DNA from: an uncultured Desulfuromonas sp.
GTDB lineage: Bacteria > Desulfobacterota > Desulfuromonadia > Desulfuromonadales > Desulfuromonadaceae
NCBI GenBank assembly: GCA_964411865.1
Contig: CAYPNO010000001.1
Location: forward strand, 13,197 to 77,196
DNA length: 64,000 bases
Reading direction: 5' to 3'
The notes below the pieces were generated by a model. The model worked only from the letters and a program-made list of their open reading frames with translations. It made no database searches and was not told the DNA's origin. Of this stretch, positions 42,892-51,606 are shown piece after piece. A program made the position numbers and the translations under genes. Positions within the stretch are counted from its first letter, which is position 1; each line of letters opens with the position of its first letter.

Positions 42892-45042
42892 TTAACCCAA
42901 CAATTCCTGATTACCTAAAGGGAGGGTGATCGTCACCGTAGTTCCTGCGCCGAGTTCACTTGTAAAATGTATAGTGCCATCGTGCGCCTCTACAATTTTA
43001 CGACAGATGGCCAGGCCAAGGCCGGTTCCCTCCTTTCTTGTGCTGTAAAAAGGTTCAAGAATTCTACTAACCACCTCCTGCTCCATTCCCGCACCACTAT
43101 CCTTAATCAACACCTTGGCGACACCTGCAACACGGGTCACTATAGAACCGATAGATCCACCATTAGCCATAGACTCCTTTGCATTCTGGTATAGATTGTT
43201 GAATACCTGCCGCATTAATTCGGGGTCAGCCATTACATACAAACGCCTCTCTCCACCAAAAGCAAAGGATACATTGGCAAATTCTTTTCGTCCTGAAAGC
43301 TCATCGCCTATGCGCTGAAGAAAATCTACCAGGTTTATTTTTTGAGTTGAAGGTTCCCAGCGTTTAGAGAAAGCGAGCATTTGGGTTACCGTGTGCTCGA
43401 TACGGTCCGATAGAATCAACATCTCCTCTAACACCATATTTTGCGCAGGGGTCATTTCATTCTGCTTAAGGAGTAATTGAATCCCCCCGCTGATCCCAGT
43501 TAGGGGGTTACGAACATCATGAGCTACAGATGCCCCCATCTGGCCGATAGCGGCTAAACGCTCATGATGAGATACCTGTTCATGCATCTCCTTGAGCTCT
43601 GATATATCACGCATGGTCCACAAAAACTTAGGTTCGGGGTTGTTTTCCATAAGACAACCGCGTACATGCACATAAAACTCACTTCCGTCATGCCGTCGTG
43701 CACGTGCTTCACACCCAGCTGTAAAGCATCGACATGCATTTACGTCCGTACGCATGCGTTCACGTAGACGCTCCCCAAATGGTGACGCCAGAAGCGCATA
43801 AATTTTCACCCCCACCAACAAACCATCTGCGTAACCGAGCATTGCTTCCGCCCCTTTATTACTTGAAGTTATCGATCCGTCAGCATCGACACTCAAAATT
43901 GCATCTGGTGTGGTATCGAGAACCAAATGGGTTCTGGCTTTACTCCGCTCCAGCTTAACCGCTATTTCGTCTTTAAATTCAATCTGGGTTCGGATTCGAC
44001 CTAACATGCGCTCAAATTCACGCGCTAGCGTGCCAATCTCATCATTGCCTTTGAGAGTCTCAGGCAGACTTGTCCATTGGGCATTATCTCCTATGCGTTG
44101 CACACTGGAAGTAAGATAACGCAACGGCAATACCACAAATCGATGCAAAACAACCAGCATCAAGAGCAAAACCGCGCTTCCTGCAATAAGGTTTCCCTGC
44201 ACATTCCGCAGCAACGCTTTCTCCCCCTGCTGCATTAGGGTGCGCTCCATGTGCATACGTGCAACCGCAACCGGATTCCCCCACAGATCAAACAGGGCTA
44301 TAAATCCCTGCATAATGTTTATATCGTCTGGATCTGGGCGATTAAAAACCTTGCCATTCCGCAGAATATTGAGTTCGTCTGAGCTGACTGATACATTGAT
44401 CTGGTTCCAGGGGATAAATTCAACCTTGTTGCGCATATGATGATTAACCCGCTTGACTACCTGTCCCTCAAGCATACGTCCCATTATCAAGTATCCGCGG
44501 ATCTCTCCCACACCTGAACTGGGAATTATAGGGCGTGCCGCTATAAGCATAAGCCCCTGCTTAAGACCGATCAGCCCAGTGACAGAACCGTCCACCCCCT
44601 TAATCTGCAGAAACGGTGCATCCATACTCCATTGCAGTCGCGACCAGAAAGTATCCTCTGCATACGGCTCGCTATGGCTCAGATCATAAAAATTGTGCCA
44701 AACCTTACGTCCAGAAGAATCGATATAGCTAATAAGGTTTAGATTATTGTGGTCAAAAGAGGTGGCAACAAGATTCGACTCAATGTAACTTATGTTGCAA
44801 TCACGGATAAACGTGTAGGAATCGTCCCACGCGGCCCAATCGTAACAAAATTGATTGAGGGCCTCGAGTTCATAATTTAGTAGTTCACGTACATGTCTAG
44901 TTTGTTCTTGAACAAGAAGTGCCTCCTGGTGGTGATAACTCGGCAAAATCTCCCGCTGCTGGATGTAATAGTGGAGCCATCCCCACACCAGCACCCCCAC
45001 AATAACGGTCAATATCATTTTGACCTGTATGCTGAGTTTCAT
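42892..45042 (-). CDS. Membrane sensor histidine kinase (CHASE4-like periplasmic domain, HAMP, PAS, HisKA, HATPase)
   Basis: FCYDWAAWDDSYTFI is CHASE4-like. HAMP, then PAS (PDAILSVDADGSITSSNKGAEAMLGY), H-box SVAHDVRNPL, G-box GTGLGLAI. Start ATG 45042 after GGAGG; the track starts at GTG 45060. Confidence 0.88.
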   Translation of the reverse strand: MKLSIQVKMILTVIVGVLVWGWLHYYIQQREILPSYHHQEALLVQEQTRHVRELLNYELEALNQFCYDWAAWDDSYTFIRDCNISYIESNLVATSFDHNNLNLISYIDSSGRKVWHNFYDLSHSEPYAEDTFWSRLQWSMDAPFLQIKGVDGSVTGLIGLKQGLMLIAARPIIPSSGVGEIRGYLIMGRMLEGQVVKRVNHHMRNKVEFIPWNQINVSVSSDELNILRNGKVFNRPDPDDINIMQGFIALFDLWGNPVAVARMHMERTLMQQGEKALLRNVQGNLIAGSAVLLLMLVVLHRFVVLPLRYLTSSVQRIGDNAQWTSLPETLKGNDEIGTLAREFERMLGRIRTQIEFKDEIAVKLERSKARTHLVLDTTPDAILSVDADGSITSSNKGAEAMLGYADGLLVGVKIYALLASPFGERLRERMRTDVNACRCFTAGCEARARRHDGSEFYVHVRGCLMENNPEPKFLWTMRDISELKEMHEQVSHHERLAAIGQMGASVAHDVRNPLTGISGGIQLLLKQNEMTPAQNMVLEEMLILSDRIEHTVTQMLAFSKRWEPSTQKINLVDFLQRIGDELSGRKEFANVSFAFGGERRLYVMADPELMRQVFNNLYQNAKESMANGGSIGSIVTRVAGVAKVLIKDSGAGMEQEVVSRILEPFYSTRKEGTGLGLAICRKIVEAHDGTIHFTSELGAGTTVTITLPLGNQELLG

Positions 45043-45312
45043 ACCGACAAACGCCTCCACCTCTCTGCAAGAACACCCTATAGTTTTGGAAAGATTACCT
45101 GATTAACCTTTGAATTCATACCTTCGGCGCAACTGTCCTCACACCTGCAGACAAGAATTATATTTTTTTTGGAACTTCAGTGCAAACTGCCGCTGCATAT
45201 CAGTGTTAGGGTGCTGCTTAATTAGATAGGACTCCGCAATAATCTGTATACGCGGGCTTACGTTGCAGATGGTGGCTAAATTGGCAGGCTTGGTGGGATA
45301 TTGAGACAGTTA

Positions 45313-46446
45313 TTAGCCAGCTACATACATGCGATAACCACCTTTGTCGTTCTTTTTGGCCGCATACATGGCTTGGTCGGCATGCCCCAGCAGATCATCC
45401 ACCGTAGTGCCATCATCGGGGTACACCGCAATGCCAAAACTAGCTCGCATTACAAATTCCCTATCTTGAAGAGCAAAAGGCTCCTCTAGGCGCTGCTGCA
45501 ACTTATGCACAATCCCGGTGATATGTGTCAGTTCGCGCAGACCTGTCACCACTACCACAAACTCATCTCCACCAATACGACTTACGGTATCGTTTTCACG
45601 CAGCGCTTGAGACAAACGCTGACCTACCTGGCGCAAAAGAAAATCACCTTGAGCATGCCCCATGGTATCATTGACCTGCTTAAAGCCATCAAGGTCGAGA
45701 AACACCACGGCACAGTACTGGGCATAACGTGATGCACACGCCATGGCTTGACGCAAACGGTCTGGCAGAAGATGGCGATTAGGTAAACCTGTTAGGCCAT
45801 CGTAATACGCCAGCCGGAGCAGATGCTGCTCCTGCGCTTTGCGATCACTAATATCACGAAACAGACCTCGCACGCTTTGGGGCTTTCCTTTTACATAACC
45901 AAGTGAGCAGTTTCCTTCCAAAACTACCTTGTCACCACCCTTGGTGCGCATAGTAAGCTGAAACAGTTCCTTATCCTCCTTCCGCTGTACCAGATTATGA
46001 ATGCGTTGGCGACACAACTTCTGACAGTCTACATCTATCACACTGAAAATATTCTTCTGCATCAAGTCCGTATCTGCATAACCCAGCAGATCTTTCCATG
46101 TCTGATTCACATACAGAATCCGCCCTTCAAGATCGATCACATGAATCAGGATCTCTCCCTTATGAAATACTTCTTCATAAGAGAAACTAGGTACAGACAG
46201 TGGGGCAGATCTCCCGCATCGTTTCTTTCGCTGTAACAGAAAAACCAGCGCTAAACTGTTCATCCCCAAGCCTAGCCCCAGCCCGTAACTGCTGACACAG
46301 CGCCAAATCTCAGCCCCGTCGGCAATACGGCGTTCGAGAATATAGATCGCCATTAGCATAAACAACAAAACTGCTATCACTAAAACAAGATAGTTGCGGT
46401 GGCTCCAAGTCTTTGAATCCATACCTTGACGTTCATGCGTACACAT
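45313..46446 (-). CDS. Membrane PAS-GGDEF diguanylate cyclase
   Basis: Two TM segments, a PAS region, then YYDGLTGLPNR and an intact RIGGDEFVVV active-site motif. Confidence 0.9.
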   Translation of the reverse strand: MCTHERQGMDSKTWSHRNYLVLVIAVLLFMLMAIYILERRIADGAEIWRCVSSYGLGLGLGMNSLALVFLLQRKKRCGRSAPLSVPSFSYEEVFHKGEILIHVIDLEGRILYVNQTWKDLLGYADTDLMQKNIFSVIDVDCQKLCRQRIHNLVQRKEDKELFQLTMRTKGGDKVVLEGNCSLGYVKGKPQSVRGLFRDISDRKAQEQHLLRLAYYDGLTGLPNRHLLPDRLRQAMACASRYAQYCAVVFLDLDGFKQVNDTMGHAQGDFLLRQVGQRLSQALRENDTVSRIGGDEFVVVVTGLRELTHITGIVHKLQQRLEEPFALQDREFVMRASFGIAVYPDDGTTVDDLLGHADQAMYAAKKNDKGGYRMYVAG

Positions 46447-46474
46447 GAATCCTTGATCACACTAGCGCATCAGG

Positions 46475-46505
46475 AAAAAAAGAGCGCCAGCCGAAACTGG
46501 CGCCC
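46475..46505 (-). terminator. Rho-independent terminator after the first OmcS-like gene
   Basis: The minus strand reads GGGCGCCAG TTTCGG CTGGCGCTC TTTTTTT, about 70 nt downstream of the stop at 46578. Confidence 0.8.
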
Positions 46506-46577
46506 ATGGCCAATACATATAATAATTACACAACACCCCGGAAGGTCAGACAGGGTGAATCAAAACCGCTATTAGTC

Positions 46578-47726
46578 TTAATTTTTGGTCGTATGGCACA
46601 CAAAACACCCAACATTACCAGCACCGCTAGCTGCGTTCATAACTGCGCCAGTGTCATTGGTTGGGCTGTAGGCCCAGCGCAACAGGTCATCATGCGGCGA
46701 ACCATGCGCACGGTGACATGAGATACAGGTTACAATAGCCTTACCACCAGTAAACGCAACCGCGCTAAGTGAGTGCGTCGCTTTGGTTACACTATCTCCA
46801 AGGTCAAAGGCGACCGGAGCCTCAACACTGTAGGTTCCATCTTCATTGTATGAGCGGTACTCTGAACCTTCTGCGGTATCCCCCATATCATAATCTGAAG
46901 GGTGGCGTAACCAGGGGTTCTCGCCAATGTTGGCATCTTGCCCTGCATTGGAGACAACAGGCCCAGAGTGATAATTTCCATGGCAAGTAGCACAGAAGTA
47001 ACTAATGGTTTTCTGATCAGTCTCAGAACCGCCAGCGGTTATGGTATTTCGTGCAGTTCCATGATATTCATTGCGGTTAGCTGCGCTGCTTGGGCGAAAT
47101 TCCCAATTTTGGTCTTCATACCCGATTATACCATTTAAGAAGCGATAACTTTTTGCCGCTGTACTACCGTCAATAACGGCATCATCCCCGTGATGCGCGC
47201 CAGCGATATCCTGAAAGTCATCAGCGACGCCATGAGGTCCATGACAACCGTACGTTCCCGCGCAGGTAAGCTGACTGCCCCAAGTTGCTTCGCCACCAGC
47301 AATAGCATTGTTGCTGACTGCCGGATCCCATCCTGGCGGATTAAGATTGGGCATATTGGCATCTTTCCCAATAGCTATATTAAGGACGTTATGCCCTTTT
47401 GCATCTACACCATTCGCCACCCAGTAGAAACTTCCACCGGCCAACGTGTCGCCTGTAGTTCCATCTGCCGAAGTGTAGCTAGGTTCAGAGTTGTCGGTAA
47501 TATATGGAATATTGCCATCAACAATGTTCGTGCCAGTATGACAACCAACGCAATCACCTCTGGTCAATGAACGGCTGGGACCTCCCTCAATTTCAGCCTC
47601 CCCATTTTGTGAGTTATGCATGGTGTGGCAATCAGAACACGGCCCTGCCACCTTGGCCCAGGCAGTAGAACCGCTAACGGCAAGCGCCAGAGTCAGTAGC
47701 AGGGATAATAAAACTTTGATATTCAT
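46578..47726 (-). CDS. OmcS-family hexahaem c-type cytochrome (paralogue 1), secreted
   Basis: Signal peptide MNIKVLLSLLLTLALAVSGSTAWA. Haem sites are CSDCH, CVGCH, CAGTYGCH, CATCH, CISCH, CFVCH. Motif order CSDCHTMHNS / GGSFYWV / KGHNV / YRFL / WLRHP / CISCHRAHGS / C-terminal CFVCHTTKN parallels G. sulfurreducens OmcS as I remember its sequence. Strong RBS AGGAGAGGAAGGAG. Confidence 0.8.
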   Translation of the reverse strand: MNIKVLLSLLLTLALAVSGSTAWAKVAGPCSDCHTMHNSQNGEAEIEGGPSRSLTRGDCVGCHTGTNIVDGNIPYITDNSEPSYTSADGTTGDTLAGGSFYWVANGVDAKGHNVLNIAIGKDANMPNLNPPGWDPAVSNNAIAGGEATWGSQLTCAGTYGCHGPHGVADDFQDIAGAHHGDDAVIDGSTAAKSYRFLNGIIGYEDQNWEFRPSSAANRNEYHGTARNTITAGGSETDQKTISYFCATCHGNYHSGPVVSNAGQDANIGENPWLRHPSDYDMGDTAEGSEYRSYNEDGTYSVEAPVAFDLGDSVTKATHSLSAVAFTGGKAIVTCISCHRAHGSPHDDLLRWAYSPTNDTGAVMNAASGAGNVGCFVCHTTKN

Positions 47727-48032
47727 AATAATTCTCCTTCCTCTCCTTAGTTAGGTTTTTGTACTCACACAAGCAATAAGGCATCGTGCATGCGAGGATG
47801 TAAGTTTATGCAACAATGAACGTTGTGCTGCTTCCAGAATACTTGTGCAGGCTTTAATAGTTCCCCACGATACGAGCGAATTCGCGTTTAACTCCAGACG
47901 CCTTACCCAAAACTTCCGGGTTCGTGCTCCTTTAATTTTTGCCGTGAGTGTGGCAGGGCCTACAACAGCTGACGCAACATTTTACATATGCACTTCACAC
48001 ACGCATCTACGTTTACATCCTCAAGCCGTACA

Positions 48033-48048
48033 TGCCAAACCTGTGCCA
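48033..48048 (-). promoter_or_regulatory. Candidate sigma-54 (-24/-12) promoter upstream of OmcS-like paralogue 1
   Basis: The minus strand reads TGGCAC-AGGTT-TGGCA against consensus TGGCAC-N5-TTGCW, with GG/GC spacing correct and one mismatch. It lies about 306 nt upstream of the ATG. Pattern match only. Confidence 0.3.
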
Positions 48049-48219
48049 ACTACATACTGAGGGGGTATATTTTTCAAGGATGGGAAGAGAAACTCTTTAA
48101 TTACAAGGAGATACGCGCAAACACATCTATCTCAACTAGTGGCACAATTAAGCATATGCTCCAGCCCCATTCTGGTCTGGGGTAACTGCCCCAACACGCA
48201 TATAGGTCTGGGGCATAAC

Positions 48220-48798
48220 TCACAGGGGAGGGTTAAGCAAACCGTTCAGCAATTCTCGGTGGCGTTTCATTATTTCACGGACGCGCTCATCGTCTGGCAT
48301 ATCCAGCGTCGCATGGAGTTCATCAAGCGATTCTGCAGCGGCAACAATGCGCGCATGCATAAAATCCAGGGTGAGGTTCACCTCATTCGCCACCTCTTCG
48401 AGGCAGTCGTTCTGGCGCAGTTTAACCCGCGGTTTCAGACTTCCACTCCGGACGTGCTTGAGGGTGCGTTCGATATTGTAAAGGGGGCCTGCAATCTTCT
48501 GCGGCAGAAACAGCGCCAACGCCAAGCCCCCTAACAAACTCACCCCCACGCCAGAGAGAACCACGGGCAGCAACAGGTCACTTACACGACGCAGCTTGAT
48601 GTGAGCATCATAAAAGGTTGTAATAGTTTCATGCCTGGCATAGAAATACAGCACTAGCGCCGCTACTAACGCACTGAGCAATACCACCCCAAAGATACGC
48701 CACATAAGCCAGCGCTGAAACTCTGCCTTAACTCCCAGATTCAGGGACTTACGTTGATAACCCGCTGAGGATTTATTCTTGTTATCTGTGGAAAACAT
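48220..48798 (-). CDS. Two-TM protein with HAMP-like domain and no recognisable output domain
   Basis: 192 aa. TM segments IFGVVLLSALVAALVLYF and LLLPVVLSGVGVSLLGGLALALF, followed by LPQKIAGPLYNIERTLKHVRSGSL...EEVANEVN (HAMP-like). Confidence 0.65.
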   Translation of the reverse strand: MFSTDNKNKSSAGYQRKSLNLGVKAEFQRWLMWRIFGVVLLSALVAALVLYFYARHETITTFYDAHIKLRRVSDLLLPVVLSGVGVSLLGGLALALFLPQKIAGPLYNIERTLKHVRSGSLKPRVKLRQNDCLEEVANEVNLTLDFMHARIVAAAESLDELHATLDMPDDERVREIMKRHRELLNGLLNPPL

Positions 48799-48830
48799 AC
48801 GATCTCTCCGTTCGTGTTTGTATTTTTACT

Positions 48831-50084
48831 TTAGTAGTTTTCGTGGCAGCTATTGCACAATTTCTGCCTGGACTTAAAGCGTAGGCGGTAATGGTCATCC
48901 CCAGCGTGGATCTCATGGCAAGTCATGCAGCTTATACGCCCGTCCGGCAGCAAGTGCAGCTCCTCAGACACCTTCATCCCCACAGGAGGGACAATATCCA
49001 CGGGATGCGACATAGGGCCAAAAAAATCGGGGTGACAGGCACGACAGGCCGAGTAATTGGTGAAGCGTGATTCCGCCATATCTGGATGATAATCCGGACG
49101 CTTGGAGGGGATCAATCCTCCCTGGTGCTCATTCACCCCACGCAGTGACGTAGCGACAGGTTCAACACTCTTGAGCGTTCCGACAGAAAGCGTAATAGGT
49201 TGACTTGCCTCTACTGCAAAAAAATAACATGGCACACCTGAACAATCACCACGATACAGGGCCATATCAGTTTCGAGGGTGCAGCCGCCACTACGTGGAG
49301 CCTCCTCAAAAGCAGACGTATGAGCCAGATCAAATTCATACACTTGCGACCGCTGCGTTCTGCCGCTTACATCGTGAACCTCCAGATACAAACTATAGCT
49401 GGTATCACGCTCCAGACTCGAAATACTTACTTCAATTTCTGTCTGATATACGGAGCCGGTTTCTACCACTCGCCCAGGGTCATCTGCATGCTGCAGATAT
49501 ATTTTCCCGCGCAGCGGAACACTGCTGTTGCAGCGCAGCACCAGCGTATCGGAATAGATAGGATCTCTCCGTAACGTCACTTTAGACAGGTCAAAAGGGG
49601 CTGCCTCATGCGTTGGGAGGAGCTCTAGTTGCTCAAGGGGAGGAAGTGGCACTATATACTGGTGCTCATCGCGGCACTGATCCCAGATCTCAACCACCAA
49701 CTTGCCTTGAATTTCAGTGGTTTCTACTGGGAGAATAATGTGGCGCGACGGCTGATAGCAATCCTGTATCCAGTCGACATCTACCGAACGTATATGCGTA
49801 GGAATACTAGCTGATGGTTCGACCACCGTAACCTCAGGAGTTACCTCTTTTCGGCCTGGACCTTGCCCCTGGACATGACAGACGCCGCAGGCACCATCTC
49901 GGTAAGGAGCGTGGACAAATAATCGGGACTGTTTTGAGCTCAACTCTTTAGCATGACAGTCTCGACAACCTGCATCAGCATCTACATCTGCGCCACTAGC
50001 TGGCTGCGCACTAATCCAAAACATTACGCTAATGATAAACACAATGACAATAAAGATTGCTATCACACGTTGCATGTGAGCCAT
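48831..50084 (-). CDS. Pentahaem c-type cytochrome with a large non-haem central domain
   Basis: Signal anchor. CRDCH and CGVCH at the N-terminus, about 270 haem-free beta-rich residues, then CRACH, CMTCH, CNSCH at the C-terminus. Confidence 0.8.
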   Translation of the reverse strand: MAHMQRVIAIFIVIVFIISVMFWISAQPASGADVDADAGCRDCHAKELSSKQSRLFVHAPYRDGACGVCHVQGQGPGRKEVTPEVTVVEPSASIPTHIRSVDVDWIQDCYQPSRHIILPVETTEIQGKLVVEIWDQCRDEHQYIVPLPPLEQLELLPTHEAAPFDLSKVTLRRDPIYSDTLVLRCNSSVPLRGKIYLQHADDPGRVVETGSVYQTEIEVSISSLERDTSYSLYLEVHDVSGRTQRSQVYEFDLAHTSAFEEAPRSGGCTLETDMALYRGDCSGVPCYFFAVEASQPITLSVGTLKSVEPVATSLRGVNEHQGGLIPSKRPDYHPDMAESRFTNYSACRACHPDFFGPMSHPVDIVPPVGMKVSEELHLLPDGRISCMTCHEIHAGDDHYRLRFKSRQKLCNSCHENY

Positions 50085-50100
50085 TCCTCAATAAGATAAA

Positions 50101-51591
50101 TCAGGGACGAAAAATACCAGAGCCAGCGTGACGTTGCTCCACTAGGAGCAAGCGCCGACCAGGCGTGGGCAAAATTATATGTTGGACAACGCGCCTGGAT
50201 ATTGAATCTATTTGCAAAAGATGTACCCCGTCACCCGAAAGGGCATAAACACTGGACGTAACCGGACTATAAAGCATGTCTGCCACGGGGAAAGGCAGGG
50301 TTAGTTGCCCCATTCGGGTCATATCCCGCAGATTAAGCCAGATCAGAGAGTTGCGCGTGCCGCTTCCTATCGCGACCAGCACCTGGTTACGCACCACCAG
50401 CACTTGCTGTGGCGGTGCCGCACATAAATACTGTGCCTGCAGGCTGAACTCCGGTAGCGCATAGCTATGCACCTCATTTATCCGTTCCAGCGCTAGAATT
50501 ACGCGGTTGCTGGTGCTGTCAATATCATATTCAGACGAACCAGCCATATCCGCGACACGATACGCGCTGCTATGGCGGCGATTAGCACCACTCTGTGGGT
50601 CGAATAGATACACACCATCCGCGGCGCTTACCACGATGAGCTCACCCTCTCCTCCATTACTGAAGGTCTCGCCTGCAGCAGTATATTTTTGCCGCAAAAT
50701 TTGGGTGGGGGAAAACCCCGCAACATATATATTTTGCTCCCCATTGCGACGCCCGATGCTCACTAGACGGTTGCCGCCGCTGTCGGTAATAAAAAAGGTG
50801 GGATCTCCGCCAGAGGTAGCTGTCGCCTCCATGGCTGGAGCAAATTCGATGGCGTGCTCTACCAACGGCAAGCCGAGGCGATCCAGCACGCGCCAACTGC
50901 CCCTTTCGCGCAGGGTCATGGAGGTGGGAGCCAGCCCCCAAATCCCCTCATCTTCAAGCAGATACCAATCGTTCCACTGCTCCTGCAGCCCAATCGCAAC
51001 CTGGGTGTGGAGGTTATCGCTGCGCAGGAGCAGCACCTCGGTCCCCCCTCCACCCAGAACCGCAAGCAGGTCACCGGTATAGGGAGGTTGCGCTACATCC
51101 AAGTGCCACGAGCCGTTCCAGTTTGGCGTTGGCGTACCTTCCTGTGCGCGTGCGCCCGCAGGCGATGCATTGAGCCACAACTGTAAACACACGCGCTCAC
51201 CCGCTTCGAGGCGCGCTAAACCCGTGGTCACGTTCTGGGTTGTGATTGTATCACCTTCGGCCAAGGCGATGCGTAGGTGTGGATACAACCCCGGCGCCAG
51301 CAAGCTGCCGGCTAAATAGCGCTGCCCGTCAGGGTGCTTCTCCTCAGCGGGATCGCGCTCCAACGGCAACCACACCTCCGCCGTGGCGTCATACACCTCC
51401 ACTTCACGGATAGCGGCCGCAAGGGGGGCAATCTGTCTCTCCGCGCCATTTAAATACAGATAGATCCCTGTCTGCTCTAGCGTCGCATCGGTACTGAAGG
51501 AGGTGAAACCCCCGTGGGAATGAAGCCCGACTTGATTACAGCCGAGGCAACCCAAGGTAAGGAGCAGAGCACCGAGATAGATTAGGCGCAT
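50101..51591 (-). CDS. Probable lipoprotein with beta-propeller-like repeats
   Basis: MRLIYLGALLLTLGCLGC is a lipobox-like signal. Repeated short beta-strand/turn segments (FFITDSGGNRLVSI, LIVVSAADGVYLFD, VYALSGDGVHLLQID). Start set to ATG 51591, with GAGGA 9 nt upstream. Confidence 0.65.
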   Translation of the reverse strand: MRLIYLGALLLTLGCLGCNQVGLHSHGGFTSFSTDATLEQTGIYLYLNGAERQIAPLAAAIREVEVYDATAEVWLPLERDPAEEKHPDGQRYLAGSLLAPGLYPHLRIALAEGDTITTQNVTTGLARLEAGERVCLQLWLNASPAGARAQEGTPTPNWNGSWHLDVAQPPYTGDLLAVLGGGGTEVLLLRSDNLHTQVAIGLQEQWNDWYLLEDEGIWGLAPTSMTLRERGSWRVLDRLGLPLVEHAIEFAPAMEATATSGGDPTFFITDSGGNRLVSIGRRNGEQNIYVAGFSPTQILRQKYTAAGETFSNGGEGELIVVSAADGVYLFDPQSGANRRHSSAYRVADMAGSSEYDIDSTSNRVILALERINEVHSYALPEFSLQAQYLCAAPPQQVLVVRNQVLVAIGSGTRNSLIWLNLRDMTRMGQLTLPFPVADMLYSPVTSSVYALSGDGVHLLQIDSISRRVVQHIILPTPGRRLLLVEQRHAGSGIFRP

Positions 51592-51606
51592 GGATATCAT
51601 TCCTCT

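Noticed and set aside
47727-48219. Possible GEMM-I (c-di-GMP/cGAMP) riboswitch in the OmcS-like leader
   Set aside because: I looked for the conserved ACGCACAGGGCAAACC...GAAA...ACGCAAAGCC core on the minus strand. I found only loose fragments (cacggcaaaaa, ttaaagcctgca) with no convincing P1/P2 pairing. It needs a covariance-model scan before any claim.
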